A stretch of DNA of 64,000 bases, from NCBI GenBank assembly GCA_036514715.1, contig DATBWR010000011.1, positions 48,102 through 112,101 of the forward strand, read 5' to 3'. Source of the DNA: Candidatus Nanoarchaeia archaeon. GTDB lineage: Bacteria; Patescibacteriota; Microgenomatia; Woykebacterales; RBG-16-39-9b. Positions 1-9,401 of this stretch are shown piece after piece (the first letter of the stretch is position 1; each line of letters begins with the position of its first letter). The notes under the pieces were generated by a model that saw only the letters and a program-made list of their open reading frames with translations, was not told the DNA's origin and searched no databases. The position numbers were made by a program, and so were the translations under genes.

Positions 1-16
1 AAAGGCGGGAGGTACA

Positions 17-424
17 GTGTTAGTAGTTATTTCCAAAGAAACAGCTCCACACGGTATCACCACCGCTACTCTGATGGCTGAGGAGATACTAGAAAAGCGA
101 AAGAGAGAAATCAAGTCAACCGCCAACCCCAACTGGTCACAGATAAGCCGTCTTGACAGACAGGCTCAAGAGCTCCGTTGGGCCTTGGGGCAGTTGGTAC
201 AGGGAATTCTAGAGGTAGCTAGAACCGAACACCCTGACGTAACCATTGAGTTTGACCGCAACGAGTCCGGAGTGTGGGTTCTTTCGGTCAACACTGCCAC
301 CCCTCTCGAAAACCTCTGGGAGGCAATCTGCGCTATTGGTAGTGAGGTACAGGAGAAGTTCAAAACGCTTGATCTTCTACTAGTCCCAAAAACTCCAAAC
401 CAACTAAGCTTTAGTTGGACCTAG
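17..424 (+). CDS. hypothetical protein (135 aa)
   Basis: Complete ORF with a GTG start at 17, preceded by GGCGGGAGG at 4-12. No recognisable motif. Confidence 0.4.
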   Translation: MLVVISKETAPHGITTATLMAEEILEKRKREIKSTANPNWSQISRLDRQAQELRWALGQLVQGILEVARTEHPDVTIEFDRNESGVWVLSVNTATPLENLWEAICAIGSEVQEKFKTLDLLLVPKTPNQLSFSWT

Positions 425-558
425 ACGGCCTGCCTACAGACCGTCTTTCCTTTTCCCAAACTTGTTAACTGTTTTCTAAAATGATACGATGCGCTTCGGT
501 AGCAGACTACCGAGCACCAAACACTGTCTCAAATTAAATAGTAAGGAGGGAGAGACCT

Positions 559-1581
559 GTGGACATAGTCTTCGGTTCAATCAGAATTTTGTTTTCGACG
601 TTAACAGGACCGATCACAAGAAACTTAAGTACAGGCGGTCCGTTGACTGACCACGAACCCAGCGGTTTCTACCTTGGTAACTGGTTCATCCGTCAGACCT
701 TCAAGTACCTTTTCATGTTGATCTACCGACCAAGACATACCAAGTTCCTGCACTTGATCGGTCGAGAAAACGTGGAAGAAGCCCTGAAACTACACCAACA
801 AGGCTACCAAATTGTCTTGGTCGCCAACCACAGAAGTTGTGTTGACGTCTGGATCATCCCGGCAATATTGTGGCTGCACGGTTTTCGCACACTGGCGGAG
901 TTCGGCTTCTTCTCGATAATTGGCTTGAAGTTCTTCCGACACTGGTATTTCAGGTGGCTGATAAAAATCGGTCCCCGAGTTGCCATAGCGCCGGAGAGCT
1001 TACGGCCTAAGTTGGACGGGTTGCCAAGACAAAAACTCCGAGTTCAGGTAGCGAGGTTCCGCAAAATTAACCAAGAAGCTGTCAAGGTTACTCAGGAACA
1101 GTTACGAAACGGAAAGTGGGCGTTTCTTTTTCCGGAAGGAACCAGAAGCCGTTCAGGAATTCTGCAGAAACTCAATAAGAACTTTCTGAAACTTTTTCTG
1201 GATGAACAAGGCAAACTGGATCCTAACACCAGGATAGTTCTTTTACCTGTAGCTCTAACCGGAACTTGGGAAACCTGGCCTCCAGAAAGCTCAGTTTTTC
1301 ACTGGAAACCGCGTCATCCAGTTACAATGGTGGTTGGTAAACCGCTTCTACTCTTGACCCTTAGGGAGCAAGCTGAAGTAATTGCCGGGGTCTATAATAC
1401 TGGGGTAGAAAGCGCAGCCGCTGATCTGATCACATACGAGCTCGCTTCTCTGCTTCAGGACCAGGGGCATGCAGATCTGTGCGGTGAGTTCAACCTACCT
1501 TGGAGCAAGCGTTACGGTTCTAAGGAAGTGAGGGACGGGAGAGAAAACGGGAAAGTTCCTTTCAAACCAACGGCGGTTTAG
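559..1581 (+). CDS. lysophospholipid acyltransferase (PlsC / 1-acyl-sn-glycerol-3-phosphate acyltransferase family)
   Basis: HX4D motif 'NHRSCVD' and the 'FPEGTRS' motif typical of PlsC-family acyltransferases. GTG start with RBS TAAGGAGGG 8 nt upstream. Confidence 0.6.
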   Translation: MDIVFGSIRILFSTLTGPITRNLSTGGPLTDHEPSGFYLGNWFIRQTFKYLFMLIYRPRHTKFLHLIGRENVEEALKLHQQGYQIVLVANHRSCVDVWIIPAILWLHGFRTLAEFGFFSIIGLKFFRHWYFRWLIKIGPRVAIAPESLRPKLDGLPRQKLRVQVARFRKINQEAVKVTQEQLRNGKWAFLFPEGTRSRSGILQKLNKNFLKLFLDEQGKLDPNTRIVLLPVALTGTWETWPPESSVFHWKPRHPVTMVVGKPLLLLTLREQAEVIAGVYNTGVESAAADLITYELASLLQDQGHADLCGEFNLPWSKRYGSKEVRDGRENGKVPFKPTAV

Positions 1582-1622
1582 AGACAAAATCCTAAGCCGC
1601 CTTTCTTTTTTTTAAATAAGCC

Positions 1623-1651
1623 TTGACTTGCCCTCTTCCCTAAGGTATAGT
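1623..1651 (+). promoter_or_regulatory. sigma70-like promoter (TTGACT-17-TATAGT)
   Basis: Near-consensus -35/-10 pair with 17-nt spacer, about 185 nt upstream of the RRM-protein gene. Confidence 0.4.
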
Positions 1652-1788
1652 TAGCTCACAAGTGTAAAGGTAAGCTTGTGTGCTAAGAGTTAGTCGGAAG
1701 CGAAAGTCTCTCCTCTTCTTCTTGCCGAGTTTCCCAAAGTAAACTTGTTAGAAATGAAAGTAAACCTAAATTTTATTAAACTAGAAAA

Positions 1789-1810
1789 GCGCGTTTTCGC
1801 GTGCTTTTTT
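1789..1810 (+). terminator. weak hairpin plus T-run (possible attenuator/terminator in the leader of the RRM gene)
   Basis: GCGCG-TTTT-CGCGTGC stem-loop followed by TTTTTT, immediately before RBS AAAGGAGG of the next gene. Confidence 0.3.
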
Positions 1811-1835
1811 CCGTCTAAAGGAGGCGGTAAATTAA

Positions 1836-2114
1836 ATGGCTAAAAAGCTGTTTGTAGGAAATCTTCCCTACACCACCAACGACCAAAGCCTAGGTGATCT
1901 TTTTTCACCATTTGGTCAAGTAAGTTCTGCCACTATTATCACTGATAAGTTTTCTGGTCGCTCCAGAGGCTTTGGCTTCGTTGAAATGGAAAACGATGCT
2001 GATGCTGAAAAAGCGATTGCCGAGATGAACGGTAAAGACATGGAAGGCCGTCAAATCGTCGTGAACGAAGCTCGTCCTCGCGAAGAGCGCTCCGGTGGCG
2101 ATCGAGATCGCTAA
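1836..2114 (+). CDS. RNA-binding protein, single RRM domain
   Basis: RNP-2 'LFVGNL' and RNP-1 'RGFGFVEM' motifs, with a Gly/Arg-rich tail. RBS AAAGGAGG upstream. Confidence 0.85.
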   Translation: MAKKLFVGNLPYTTNDQSLGDLFSPFGQVSSATIITDKFSGRSRGFGFVEMENDADAEKAIAEMNGKDMEGRQIVVNEARPREERSGGDRDR

Positions 2115-2258
2115 GCGTACTTACCTGCCCGCTACCTACGTTAGACTTAGGATGTAGGATATAAGTTTAGATTATTTTTGGTCATTCTCTTTGAGTTTAA
2201 CCTCATTTTGTTGTACCATCTTCACAATTCTTAATTCTGCATTCATAATTCTGAATTT

Positions 2259-2783
2259 ATGAAATGGCGTAACATTGTTGTTGCCGGTGATGTAGGGGTG
2301 GGCACCACTACCCTATCCAAAACCCTTGCCAAGAAGCTAGGGTGGAAGTACGTTGCTGCTGGTGATTTTTTCCGGCAATATGCTCTGGACCACAACCTCC
2401 CTTTGTGGAATAAGGCAGCAGTACCTGATGAAGTTGAGCGGCAAGTTGACCTGGGGCTGGTTGAGAAGATCGTTAGCGAAGACGGCTGGGTGGTTGATGG
2501 GCACTATATTGGCTGGTTTACCCGCAACTTGGATAATGTTTTCCGCATCCTCCTTACGTGTGATCGAAAAGAAGCTGCTAAGAGAATTCTTGAGCGTCAA
2601 CACACTCATAAAGAAACTCCTGAGGAAATCGAAAAAAGAAGTAAACAAATTCACACCAAATTCAAAAAACTCTATAGTAGCGAAAATTACGAAAACCCGG
2701 ACCTTTTTCACCTAGTTTTAGATACGACTAGCGCCACCCCCCAAGATACCCTCAAACAAGTTCTAAGACACCTAAAAGAATAG
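2259..2783 (+). CDS. cytidylate kinase-like P-loop protein (archaeal-type Cmk-like), atypical Walker A without Lys
   Basis: 'GDVGVGTTTLSKTLAKKLGWKYVAAGDFFRQ' resembles Cmk 'GPSGSGKST..KLG..Y..TGA..R', but the Walker A Lys is replaced (GVGTTT). Confidence 0.5.
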   Translation: MKWRNIVVAGDVGVGTTTLSKTLAKKLGWKYVAAGDFFRQYALDHNLPLWNKAAVPDEVERQVDLGLVEKIVSEDGWVVDGHYIGWFTRNLDNVFRILLTCDRKEAAKRILERQHTHKETPEEIEKRSKQIHTKFKKLYSSENYENPDLFHLVLDTTSATPQDTLKQVLRHLKE

Positions 2784-2822
2784 CTTTAACCTAAGTTACC
2801 ACACCCGATGTGATAACTTCTC

Positions 2823-3101
2823 TTAGTCATTAAAGAGAAAATATACTGCGTAGGGTAAAACTAGAAAAAACCAACTAAAAATTTTAAATGAATAGTGCTC
2901 ATCAACCCACTTACTTCTGAAAAGTATCAAGAAATAAAAAATCACCTGAAGAACAAAAACAGTACCTAAAACAAGATTTATTAAAGCAAATCCCCAACCG
3001 TAATTTGTTGGATTCTTATACGCGGATAACCAAGAACTTACTGTTATGAACAAAAGGAATAAAAAACTCAAAGTGTAGAGGACTTTAAGCAGTTTTTGCA
3101 T
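2823..3101 (-). CDS. hypothetical small membrane protein
   Basis: 92-aa ORF with three predicted TM helices. Confidence 0.35.
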   Translation of the reverse strand: MQKLLKVLYTLSFLFLLFITVSSWLSAYKNPTNYGWGFALINLVLGTVFVLQVIFYFLILFRSKWVDEHYSFKIFSWFFLVLPYAVYFLFND

Positions 3102-3112
3102 CTGCTTTTAGT

Positions 3113-5101
3113 TTACTTCAAAAATGGCACCAACAACAAGGCGACTATATTTATCACCTTAATCATTGGGTTTATTGCCGGACCCGCAGTATCTTTATAC
3201 GGATCTCCTACTGTATCGCCGGTAACTGCAGCCTTGTGAGCTTCGCTACCTTTACCACCAAATTTACCTTCCTCAATATATTTTTTGGCGTTATCCCAAG
3301 CAGCTCCACCAGTTGTCATTGACAAGGCGACAAAAAGGCCGGTGACGATCGTGCCAACCAAAAGCCCCCCCAGAGCTTCTTTTCCGAGAATTAAACCCAC
3401 CGTAACTGGAGCAATTACTGGTATAAGAGCCGGGATAATCATCTCTTTTTGCGCTGCTGCGGTCACAATAGCAACTGCTTTAGCATAGTCCGGCTTGGCG
3501 CGCCCTTCCATAATGCCTTTAATTTCTTTAAATTGGCGACGTACCTCATTGACCACACTTCCTGCTGCTTTACCAACTGCTTCCATCGCCAGTGCCCCAA
3601 AAAAGTAAGGCAGAGCCCCACCAATAAATAAACCAATTAAAACTCTAGGATCGGAGATTAAGAAGGCTACTTCTTTCCCAGCTGCCAGTAACTCTTCCGA
3701 GTAGGCGGCAAAAAGCACTAAGGCGGCCAGGGCCGCCGAAGCAATCGCGTAACCTTTGGTAACTGCTTTGGTAGTGTTACCAACTGCGTCCAGCGGGTCA
3801 GTAACTTGCCGCACATTTTCCGACAAGTGCGCCATTTCGGCAATACCGCCAGCGTTGTCGGTAATTGGCCCAAAGGCATCAATCGCCACGATAATTCCAG
3901 TCATGGAAAGCATGGACATCGCGGCCACCGCCACACCGTAAATTCCTGACAAATCGTAGGCAAACCAAGTTGCGGCGGCAATAAGTAAGATTGGCAGGAA
4001 AGTTGCTTTCATCGAGACTGCTAAACCGGCAATTACGTTGGTACCGTGGCCAGTGGTAGAAGCGAGAGCAATTTGTTTAACTGATCCGAAATTTTTCGAA
4101 GTGTAAAATTCGGTGATTATCACCATACCTAAAGTTACTCCCAAACCAAGTAGCGAGGCGTAAAATAGGTCTCCTCCTTGAGAGGCGGGCCAAAACTCTT
4201 TGGTAACCCACCAAAAACCTAGAGCTGCCAAAACTCCTGAGACGACGAGGCCCTGATACAGAGCTCTCATAATCCCAGTTCCCGAAAGTCGAACAAAGAA
4301 CGTCCCGATAACCGAGGCAATGATCGACACTGCTCCCAGTGCTAGTGGATAAAGGACAGCTTTTTCATCACCAGGGAATACTAAAGACCCCAGTAGCATA
4401 GCGGCAATCGAAGTCACTGCGTAAGTTTCAAAAAGATCAGCCGCCATGCCTGCATCATCACCAACGTTGTCACCAACATTGTCAGCAATAACGGCTGGGT
4501 TCCGAGGATCATCTTCTGGAATACCAGCTTCGACTTTACCCACTAAATCAGCGCCAACATCAGCTCCTTTAGTAAAAATTCCGCCTCCTAACCGAGCAAA
4601 AACACTAATTAAACTCGAACCAAAACCAAGACCAATTAAGGCTTTAATATCGCTTGTGAAGTAGTAAAAACCCGCGACAGAAAGCAGAGACAGACCAACC
4701 ACCACAAGACCCGTCACCGCCCCACCTTTGAAGGCCACGTCAAGTGCGGCCGCTAGCCCATCCTTAGCGGCGTTAGCAGTCCGGACGTTAGCTCTAACGG
4801 CGACGTTCATACCAATGTAACCAGCCGCCGCTGAAGCAACCGCTCCAACGATGAAACCAACTGCGGTAACCAAATTAATCTGCAACAGGCCCAAAAAAAT
4901 AACCGCTCCAACTGCCGCAACAACTGTGTATTGACGCTTAAGGTAAGCGCTAGCACCTTCTTGGATCGCTTGGGCAATCTCCACCATTGTTGAGTCCCCT
5001 TGCGGTTGTCGTAAAATCCAAGCAATAAGAATTGCTCCGTAAACCAGGGCAACTGCGCTAGCGGCCAAAATCCAGTAAAGAGTTTGATTGAGATCGAGCA
5101 T
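3113..5101 (-). CDS. hppA: membrane-bound proton-translocating inorganic pyrophosphatase (V-PPase)
   Basis: Diagnostic '[20 protein letters not shown]', 'DNVGDNVGD' and '[17 protein letters not shown]' motifs in a polytopic membrane protein. Start trimmed to the internal Met ([10 protein letters not shown]...), typical of the HppA N-terminus. Confidence 0.9.
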   Translation of the reverse strand: MLDLNQTLYWILAASAVALVYGAILIAWILRQPQGDSTMVEIAQAIQEGASAYLKRQYTVVAAVGAVIFLGLLQINLVTAVGFIVGAVASAAAGYIGMNVAVRANVRTANAAKDGLAAALDVAFKGGAVTGLVVVGLSLLSVAGFYYFTSDIKALIGLGFGSSLISVFARLGGGIFTKGADVGADLVGKVEAGIPEDDPRNPAVIADNVGDNVGDDAGMAADLFETYAVTSIAAMLLGSLVFPGDEKAVLYPLALGAVSIIASVIGTFFVRLSGTGIMRALYQGLVVSGVLAALGFWWVTKEFWPASQGGDLFYASLLGLGVTLGMVIITEFYTSKNFGSVKQIALASTTGHGTNVIAGLAVSMKATFLPILLIAAATWFAYDLSGIYGVAVAAMSMLSMTGIIVAIDAFGPITDNAGGIAEMAHLSENVRQVTDPLDAVGNTTKAVTKGYAIASAALAALVLFAAYSEELLAAGKEVAFLISDPRVLIGLFIGGALPYFFGALAMEAVGKAAGSVVNEVRRQFKEIKGIMEGRAKPDYAKAVAIVTAAAQKEMIIPALIPVIAPVTVGLILGKEALGGLLVGTIVTGLFVALSMTTGGAAWDNAKKYIEEGKFGGKGSEAHKAAVTGDTVGDPYKDTAGPAINPMIKVINIVALLLVPFLK

Positions 5102-5382
5102 ATTAGCTTCAAAGTGTACAACAAACCCAAGGTAAGTTGCAAGCTTACTTGAGGGTTGACAGAAAACCAAACAACCGGCAAAATATAGTTAGTAACGAAA
5201 GTTACGGTATCAAGAGACCCTGAGAGCAATCGAAGGGCGGCAACCCACAACAGGAAGGGTGCCAATTCGCTAACCGTCAGCTGACGGAGGCGGAAGATAC
5301 GCCTCGCATGAGGAACTGTGGACTTAAACACTTCTTTTGCGAGAGGTGTTTTTTGTTGTCAAATAAGAAAGGAGCAGAAAAA

Positions 5383-5646
5383 GTGAAACACTTCTCAATT
5401 AGGGTGCCTGACAGAGAGTTACTGCCGATAGTACAATTCCTAATTAGCCAAACAGGAGGTCGGCATATGAAATTTGTACCACCGTCGCTCTCGACCGACG
5501 GAAGGTACGTTCTATACTTCCAGGTCGAAGATGAAGAGGCCAGCAACACCACTCAACAGATATTACAAGGTCTCAAACCACTGGAAAGAGAGCGCAACGT
5601 AAGTTTCACTCTAATCACCAACGGAGCAGCCCCTAATACTAGTTAG
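5383..5646 (+). CDS. hypothetical protein
   Basis: ORF with a GTG start 9 nt after AAGGAG. The alternative upstream ATG at 5308 lacks an RBS. Confidence 0.3.
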   Translation: MKHFSIRVPDRELLPIVQFLISQTGGRHMKFVPPSLSTDGRYVLYFQVEDEEASNTTQQILQGLKPLERERNVSFTLITNGAAPNTS

Positions 5647-5944
5647 GGTCTGCTCCTTTCTTTTTAACAGCCTAAAGAGTTGACAAACCTCTCAATTTCT
5701 TTTAGACTGATAGTATATAAGTTATTGATATCCTAGATACGGATGAATATCCTTATCCTTAGCAAACTATTAAGATTTCTCTACCATTACAGTCTTGATA
5801 AAAAGAAGGATATTTAATGACACTACAGGGCCTATTTTCATCTACTAACCAACTCTCTAGCGTATATCCCGTCCTAAATTCTGAAACTCCATCCTTCATT
5901 CTTAATACTTTGTACTTATTTTTAAGGGAAGGGGGTGAGAACAA

Positions 5945-6622
5945 GTGCAAGAAATAACTGACGCTGTTACTAATGCTGTCTCCGAAGCACTGTCCGCTGC
6001 TGCCGACTTCCTTCCCAATCTGCTTTGGGCAATTGTTATCTTCGTGGTTGGTGTTATTATTGCGGCCATACTAAGAAACCTCTTAGTAAGAGTTCTTGAA
6101 TTGGTCAGCTTTGAGAGAAGTTTGGCCACTACTGGTATACCGGCCGCTTTAAAGAAAGCCGACCCCGCTCTTACGGTTACTAAGTTGCTCGCTGAACTTC
6201 TCCGCTGGTTTGTGATCCTAGTTTTCCTAGGACCCGCAGTCAGCCAACTTGGACTAGAAGAAGTTAATGATGTTATCAGAGACTTGATTAACTACATACC
6301 CAATATCGTTGTTGCGGTCATTATTGTTACCGTAGGGTCAGTATTTGCCAACATTGCCAGGGACTTTGTGACTGCGACCTCAAGTACCTTGGGCACTCAG
6401 ACTGCAAGAGCCGCTGGACAAATCGCCCGCTGGGCAATTACAGTTTTTGCTGTTCTAGCTGCTTTATCTCAGCTGGGTGTGGCGCAAGACCTCATTAACA
6501 TCCTCATCACCGGTTTTGTGGCAATGCTCGCTATTGCCGGAGGTTTAGCCTTTGGTTTAGGTGGTAAGGAAACTGCAGAATCAATGCTTAAGAAGATGCG
6601 TGAGGAAATGGAAGAGCGGTAA
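5945..6622 (+). CDS. membrane protein with conserved TM-helix repeats (MscS-associated 'TM_helix' type)
   Basis: Repeated amphipathic/hydrophobic segments 'LxxLLxxxxxxxVxxxxxIIxA..', Gly-rich C-terminus. GTG start after GGGAAGGGGGTGAG. Confidence 0.45.
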   Translation: MQEITDAVTNAVSEALSAAADFLPNLLWAIVIFVVGVIIAAILRNLLVRVLELVSFERSLATTGIPAALKKADPALTVTKLLAELLRWFVILVFLGPAVSQLGLEEVNDVIRDLINYIPNIVVAVIIVTVGSVFANIARDFVTATSSTLGTQTARAAGQIARWAITVFAVLAALSQLGVAQDLINILITGFVAMLAIAGGLAFGLGGKETAESMLKKMREEMEER

Positions 6623-6740
6623 CTTTCCCTCGAAAGTCTTTTTAGACAAAGAAAGTCCACCTTTTTTTGGGTGGCTTTCTTTGTTGCAACTTAAAGTTGT
6701 TCTGCAAAGGAGTTTTATTGTAGTATCTATTTGAGAACCT

Positions 6741-8855
6741 ATGCCCAAAGTCGTTCTTCCCTTAGATAAAATTAACCCTAGTGATCAAGATGAAGTTGGT
6801 GAAAATTTTGCTTACCTTGGCAATATAAACTCCCTGGGGGAGAGTTTACCACAAGGGTCAATAGTAACTTTCTTGGGTTTTGAAAAAACTCTCGAACCTC
6901 ATTGGAGACAGCTAGCAGAAATACTTAAAGATGTAAAATTTACCGCTGTAACAGGCGCTTTTCTCGAAAACTTAAAAACTCTTACTCACCAGCGCCTCTT
7001 TCTCCCTGAAGAGGTAGCGGCCGGACTGAGATCTCAAGTAGAAGATCTAAAACCCCCTTTTGAAATAAAAAGTTTAGTTAAAATCCCAAGTGGCGAAGAA
7101 TTTGTCGGAGAGCCTCTTTTGGCTGAAAGTAAAAAAGATCTGGAACCGCTCTTAAAATGGGCTTTCTTGAGCTTCCTTGATAAGGAATTTCTCAAAAAAG
7201 TTGCCGATCCCAAAGTCCTAACCAAAACACTAGTTGCAGTAGCGATTATTCAAAAACTTCAGCCAGACAGACAAGGGTCTGCTCTGATTTATCCGCCAAA
7301 AAAGAACAAAATTGAAATCATGGCTTCCCAAACTGACACAAAAGAAGGAAAACAAGACAAAATTATTGTAGAGACAAATACCCTAACCGTTAGAGATCAT
7401 CAGTCCAAGGCTAGCAAGAAAGTATTGACCGGTCAACAAATACTAAGAATTGCTAAAGTCTTAAAGTTTCTTCAGTCGCAGCTTCTTGCCAGCTTACAAG
7501 CTAGCTTTGAAATTGTCGGCGAGAAGCTTTACTTTACCAATCTTACGGCAGCTGAAGAACCCCAAAATTTTTTATCTACTCCGACTCCGATTAACTTACC
7601 CCTCATTGGTACTTTAAAACCTCTTTTCCCCGGCCTCAGTACAGGAGTAGTTAAGCACATTAACAAACTTTCTGACTTTCGCAAAATTAGAGCTGGTGAT
7701 ATTGCCCTTGTTAGTTCTTTTAGTAAGGGAAATTTTCGTTCTCTAAAAAAAGCTTCGGGAATAATCGTGCGCAAAGGGGCCCATTTCCAAAAATCTCACC
7801 GACAACTGATCGACAGTCTGGGCGTTAGTATGGCAATTGGCGATCTTAACACCTACATCGACGGGGTGGTCACTCTCGACGGAAGAACCGGGAGGCTTTA
7901 TAAAGGTTCTTTCTTCCCACTGGTGAGCAAAATCCTACAACCAAAAGCGCCACAAATCAAGCTTCCGGAAAAACCCTCTATTGCCACCAAAATTTTTGTA
8001 ACCTCTGCTGATTCCAACAATCTTTTAAAATCAGGCTTGGAAGACGTTGATGGCATCGGACCAATCCATTTAGAAATAGTTCTTACCAAAGATGGTTACC
8101 ACCCTCAAAAACTACTTGAGAAGGATAAGGAAAAAACTTTTTCTGCTCTTGTCAAACAGATGGAAGAGCTTTGCAAAAAAGCTTTGGGAAAACCGGTTAT
8201 ATACCAACTACTTGATTTCAAAACTAACGCACTTTCTCACCTTAAAGGGGGTGCGGCTCTTGAAAATAAAGAGACTAATCCAACATTGGGCTTAAGAGGA
8301 ACAAGGAGATCGCTGGAAAATCTTGATTTTCTCAAAGGGGAACTAAAAATCATTAAAGACCTACGCAACTCTCATAATTACAAAACCCTTTGGCTATCTC
8401 TCCCGTTTGTCCGTGACGTGAGTGAGGTTTTGGAAATTAAAAAACACCTTTCAACAGCCGGCTTGCACCGTTCGGCAAGTTTTAAAGTTTTAGTGAGCGT
8501 GGCCGTACCTGCCAACGTCTTTGCCTTAAAAGAATTTTTAGAGGCTGGGGTTGATGGCTTTCTGATTGATTATTGGGAACTAGCTAATCTTACTTACGGC
8601 AGTGATTTTACTTACCAAGAACTAATTAAACTCACTGACCCAAGTTTGGAGGACCTTGTCTCCCAAGTAGTGACTTTTGCTTCAAAAAATGGTCTTTTCA
8701 GCGGTATTTACAACCTCCCACCGGAGACTGAAAACAACATTCTCAAAAAAGTAGTCACTTGGGGAATAAAGTCAGTAAGTATTGGTCCTGATTTAGTTGG
8801 ACCTTTAGCTAAAAGTCTCTCCAAGGCGGAACAAGAGTTAGTTGCAGGAGACTAA
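6741..8855 (+). CDS. PEP-utilizing enzyme family protein (PEP synthase / pyruvate phosphate dikinase-like, divergent N-domain)
   Basis: Mobile phospho-His domain ('GAHFQKSHRQLIDSLGVSMAIGD') and a C-terminal PEP-utilizer TIM-barrel ('NPTLGLRGTRR'). N-terminus 'VGENFAYLGNI' resembles PpsA 'VGGKNASLGEM' but lacks the Lys. Confidence 0.6.
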   Translation: MPKVVLPLDKINPSDQDEVGENFAYLGNINSLGESLPQGSIVTFLGFEKTLEPHWRQLAEILKDVKFTAVTGAFLENLKTLTHQRLFLPEEVAAGLRSQVEDLKPPFEIKSLVKIPSGEEFVGEPLLAESKKDLEPLLKWAFLSFLDKEFLKKVADPKVLTKTLVAVAIIQKLQPDRQGSALIYPPKKNKIEIMASQTDTKEGKQDKIIVETNTLTVRDHQSKASKKVLTGQQILRIAKVLKFLQSQLLASLQASFEIVGEKLYFTNLTAAEEPQNFLSTPTPINLPLIGTLKPLFPGLSTGVVKHINKLSDFRKIRAGDIALVSSFSKGNFRSLKKASGIIVRKGAHFQKSHRQLIDSLGVSMAIGDLNTYIDGVVTLDGRTGRLYKGSFFPLVSKILQPKAPQIKLPEKPSIATKIFVTSADSNNLLKSGLEDVDGIGPIHLEIVLTKDGYHPQKLLEKDKEKTFSALVKQMEELCKKALGKPVIYQLLDFKTNALSHLKGGAALENKETNPTLGLRGTRRSLENLDFLKGELKIIKDLRNSHNYKTLWLSLPFVRDVSEVLEIKKHLSTAGLHRSASFKVLVSVAVPANVFALKEFLEAGVDGFLIDYWELANLTYGSDFTYQELIKLTDPSLEDLVSQVVTFASKNGLFSGIYNLPPETENNILKKVVTWGIKSVSIGPDLVGPLAKSLSKAEQELVAGD

Positions 8856-9338
8856 ATGAGTAATGAGGTTGAGCGCCGATTTTTAGTGGATATTAACCGT
8901 CTACCCAAGCTCTCTCAAGGTTCCTTGCAAGTCCAAGGCTATTTTAACAACGCACCAAGCGATCAACCCGAAATCCGCATCCGAGTAGAAGAGTCCAAAG
9001 CAACTCTAACCTTAAAAACCTCCATAACCGCCGTGACTCGTCAGGAATTTGAGTATGAAATCCCCCTGAAAGATGCTCTAGCTTTGCTTTCCCTAACCGA
9101 GAAGAGAATACGCAAAGTTCGCCATCACCTTAAACTTAACTCTAAGACTTGGGTAATTGATTTTTTTCAGGATGAAAATTCTCCTTTAGTTATTGCTGAA
9201 ATTGAACTAAAAAATGAGGATGAAGCTTTCGAAAAACCTCTCTGGACCACCAAAGAAGTAACCGAAGATCTGCGCTTTACAGCCATTTCCCTGGCTTTCG
9301 ATCCTTACAGCCAATGGGTTTCTAAAGAAGGTACTTAA
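8856..9338 (+). CDS. CYTH-domain protein (triphosphate tunnel metalloenzyme; inorganic triphosphatase/adenylate cyclase-like)
   Basis: N-terminal 'EVERRFLV' (ExExK-type signature), about 160 aa. Start codon overlaps the stop of the upstream gene (TAAATG). Confidence 0.7.
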   Translation: MSNEVERRFLVDINRLPKLSQGSLQVQGYFNNAPSDQPEIRIRVEESKATLTLKTSITAVTRQEFEYEIPLKDALALLSLTEKRIRKVRHHLKLNSKTWVIDFFQDENSPLVIAEIELKNEDEAFEKPLWTTKEVTEDLRFTAISLAFDPYSQWVSKEGT

Positions 9339-9350
9339 CGCTGGTAACTG

Positions 9351-9396
9351 AAAAAAGAAAGACCGTACACTAGGTGTATACGGTCTCGTAGTTTTG
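9351..9396. terminator. bidirectional rho-independent terminator
   Basis: AAAAAAGAA-AGACCGTA..TACGGTCT-cgtagTTTT between convergent genes. Confidence 0.5.
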
Positions 9397-9401
9397 CCTC
9401 T

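Noticed and set aside
4807-5331. 174-aa ORF on the minus strand overlapping hppA in another frame.
   Set aside because: It lies entirely within the well-supported hppA CDS, has no motifs, and is a typical shadow ORF.
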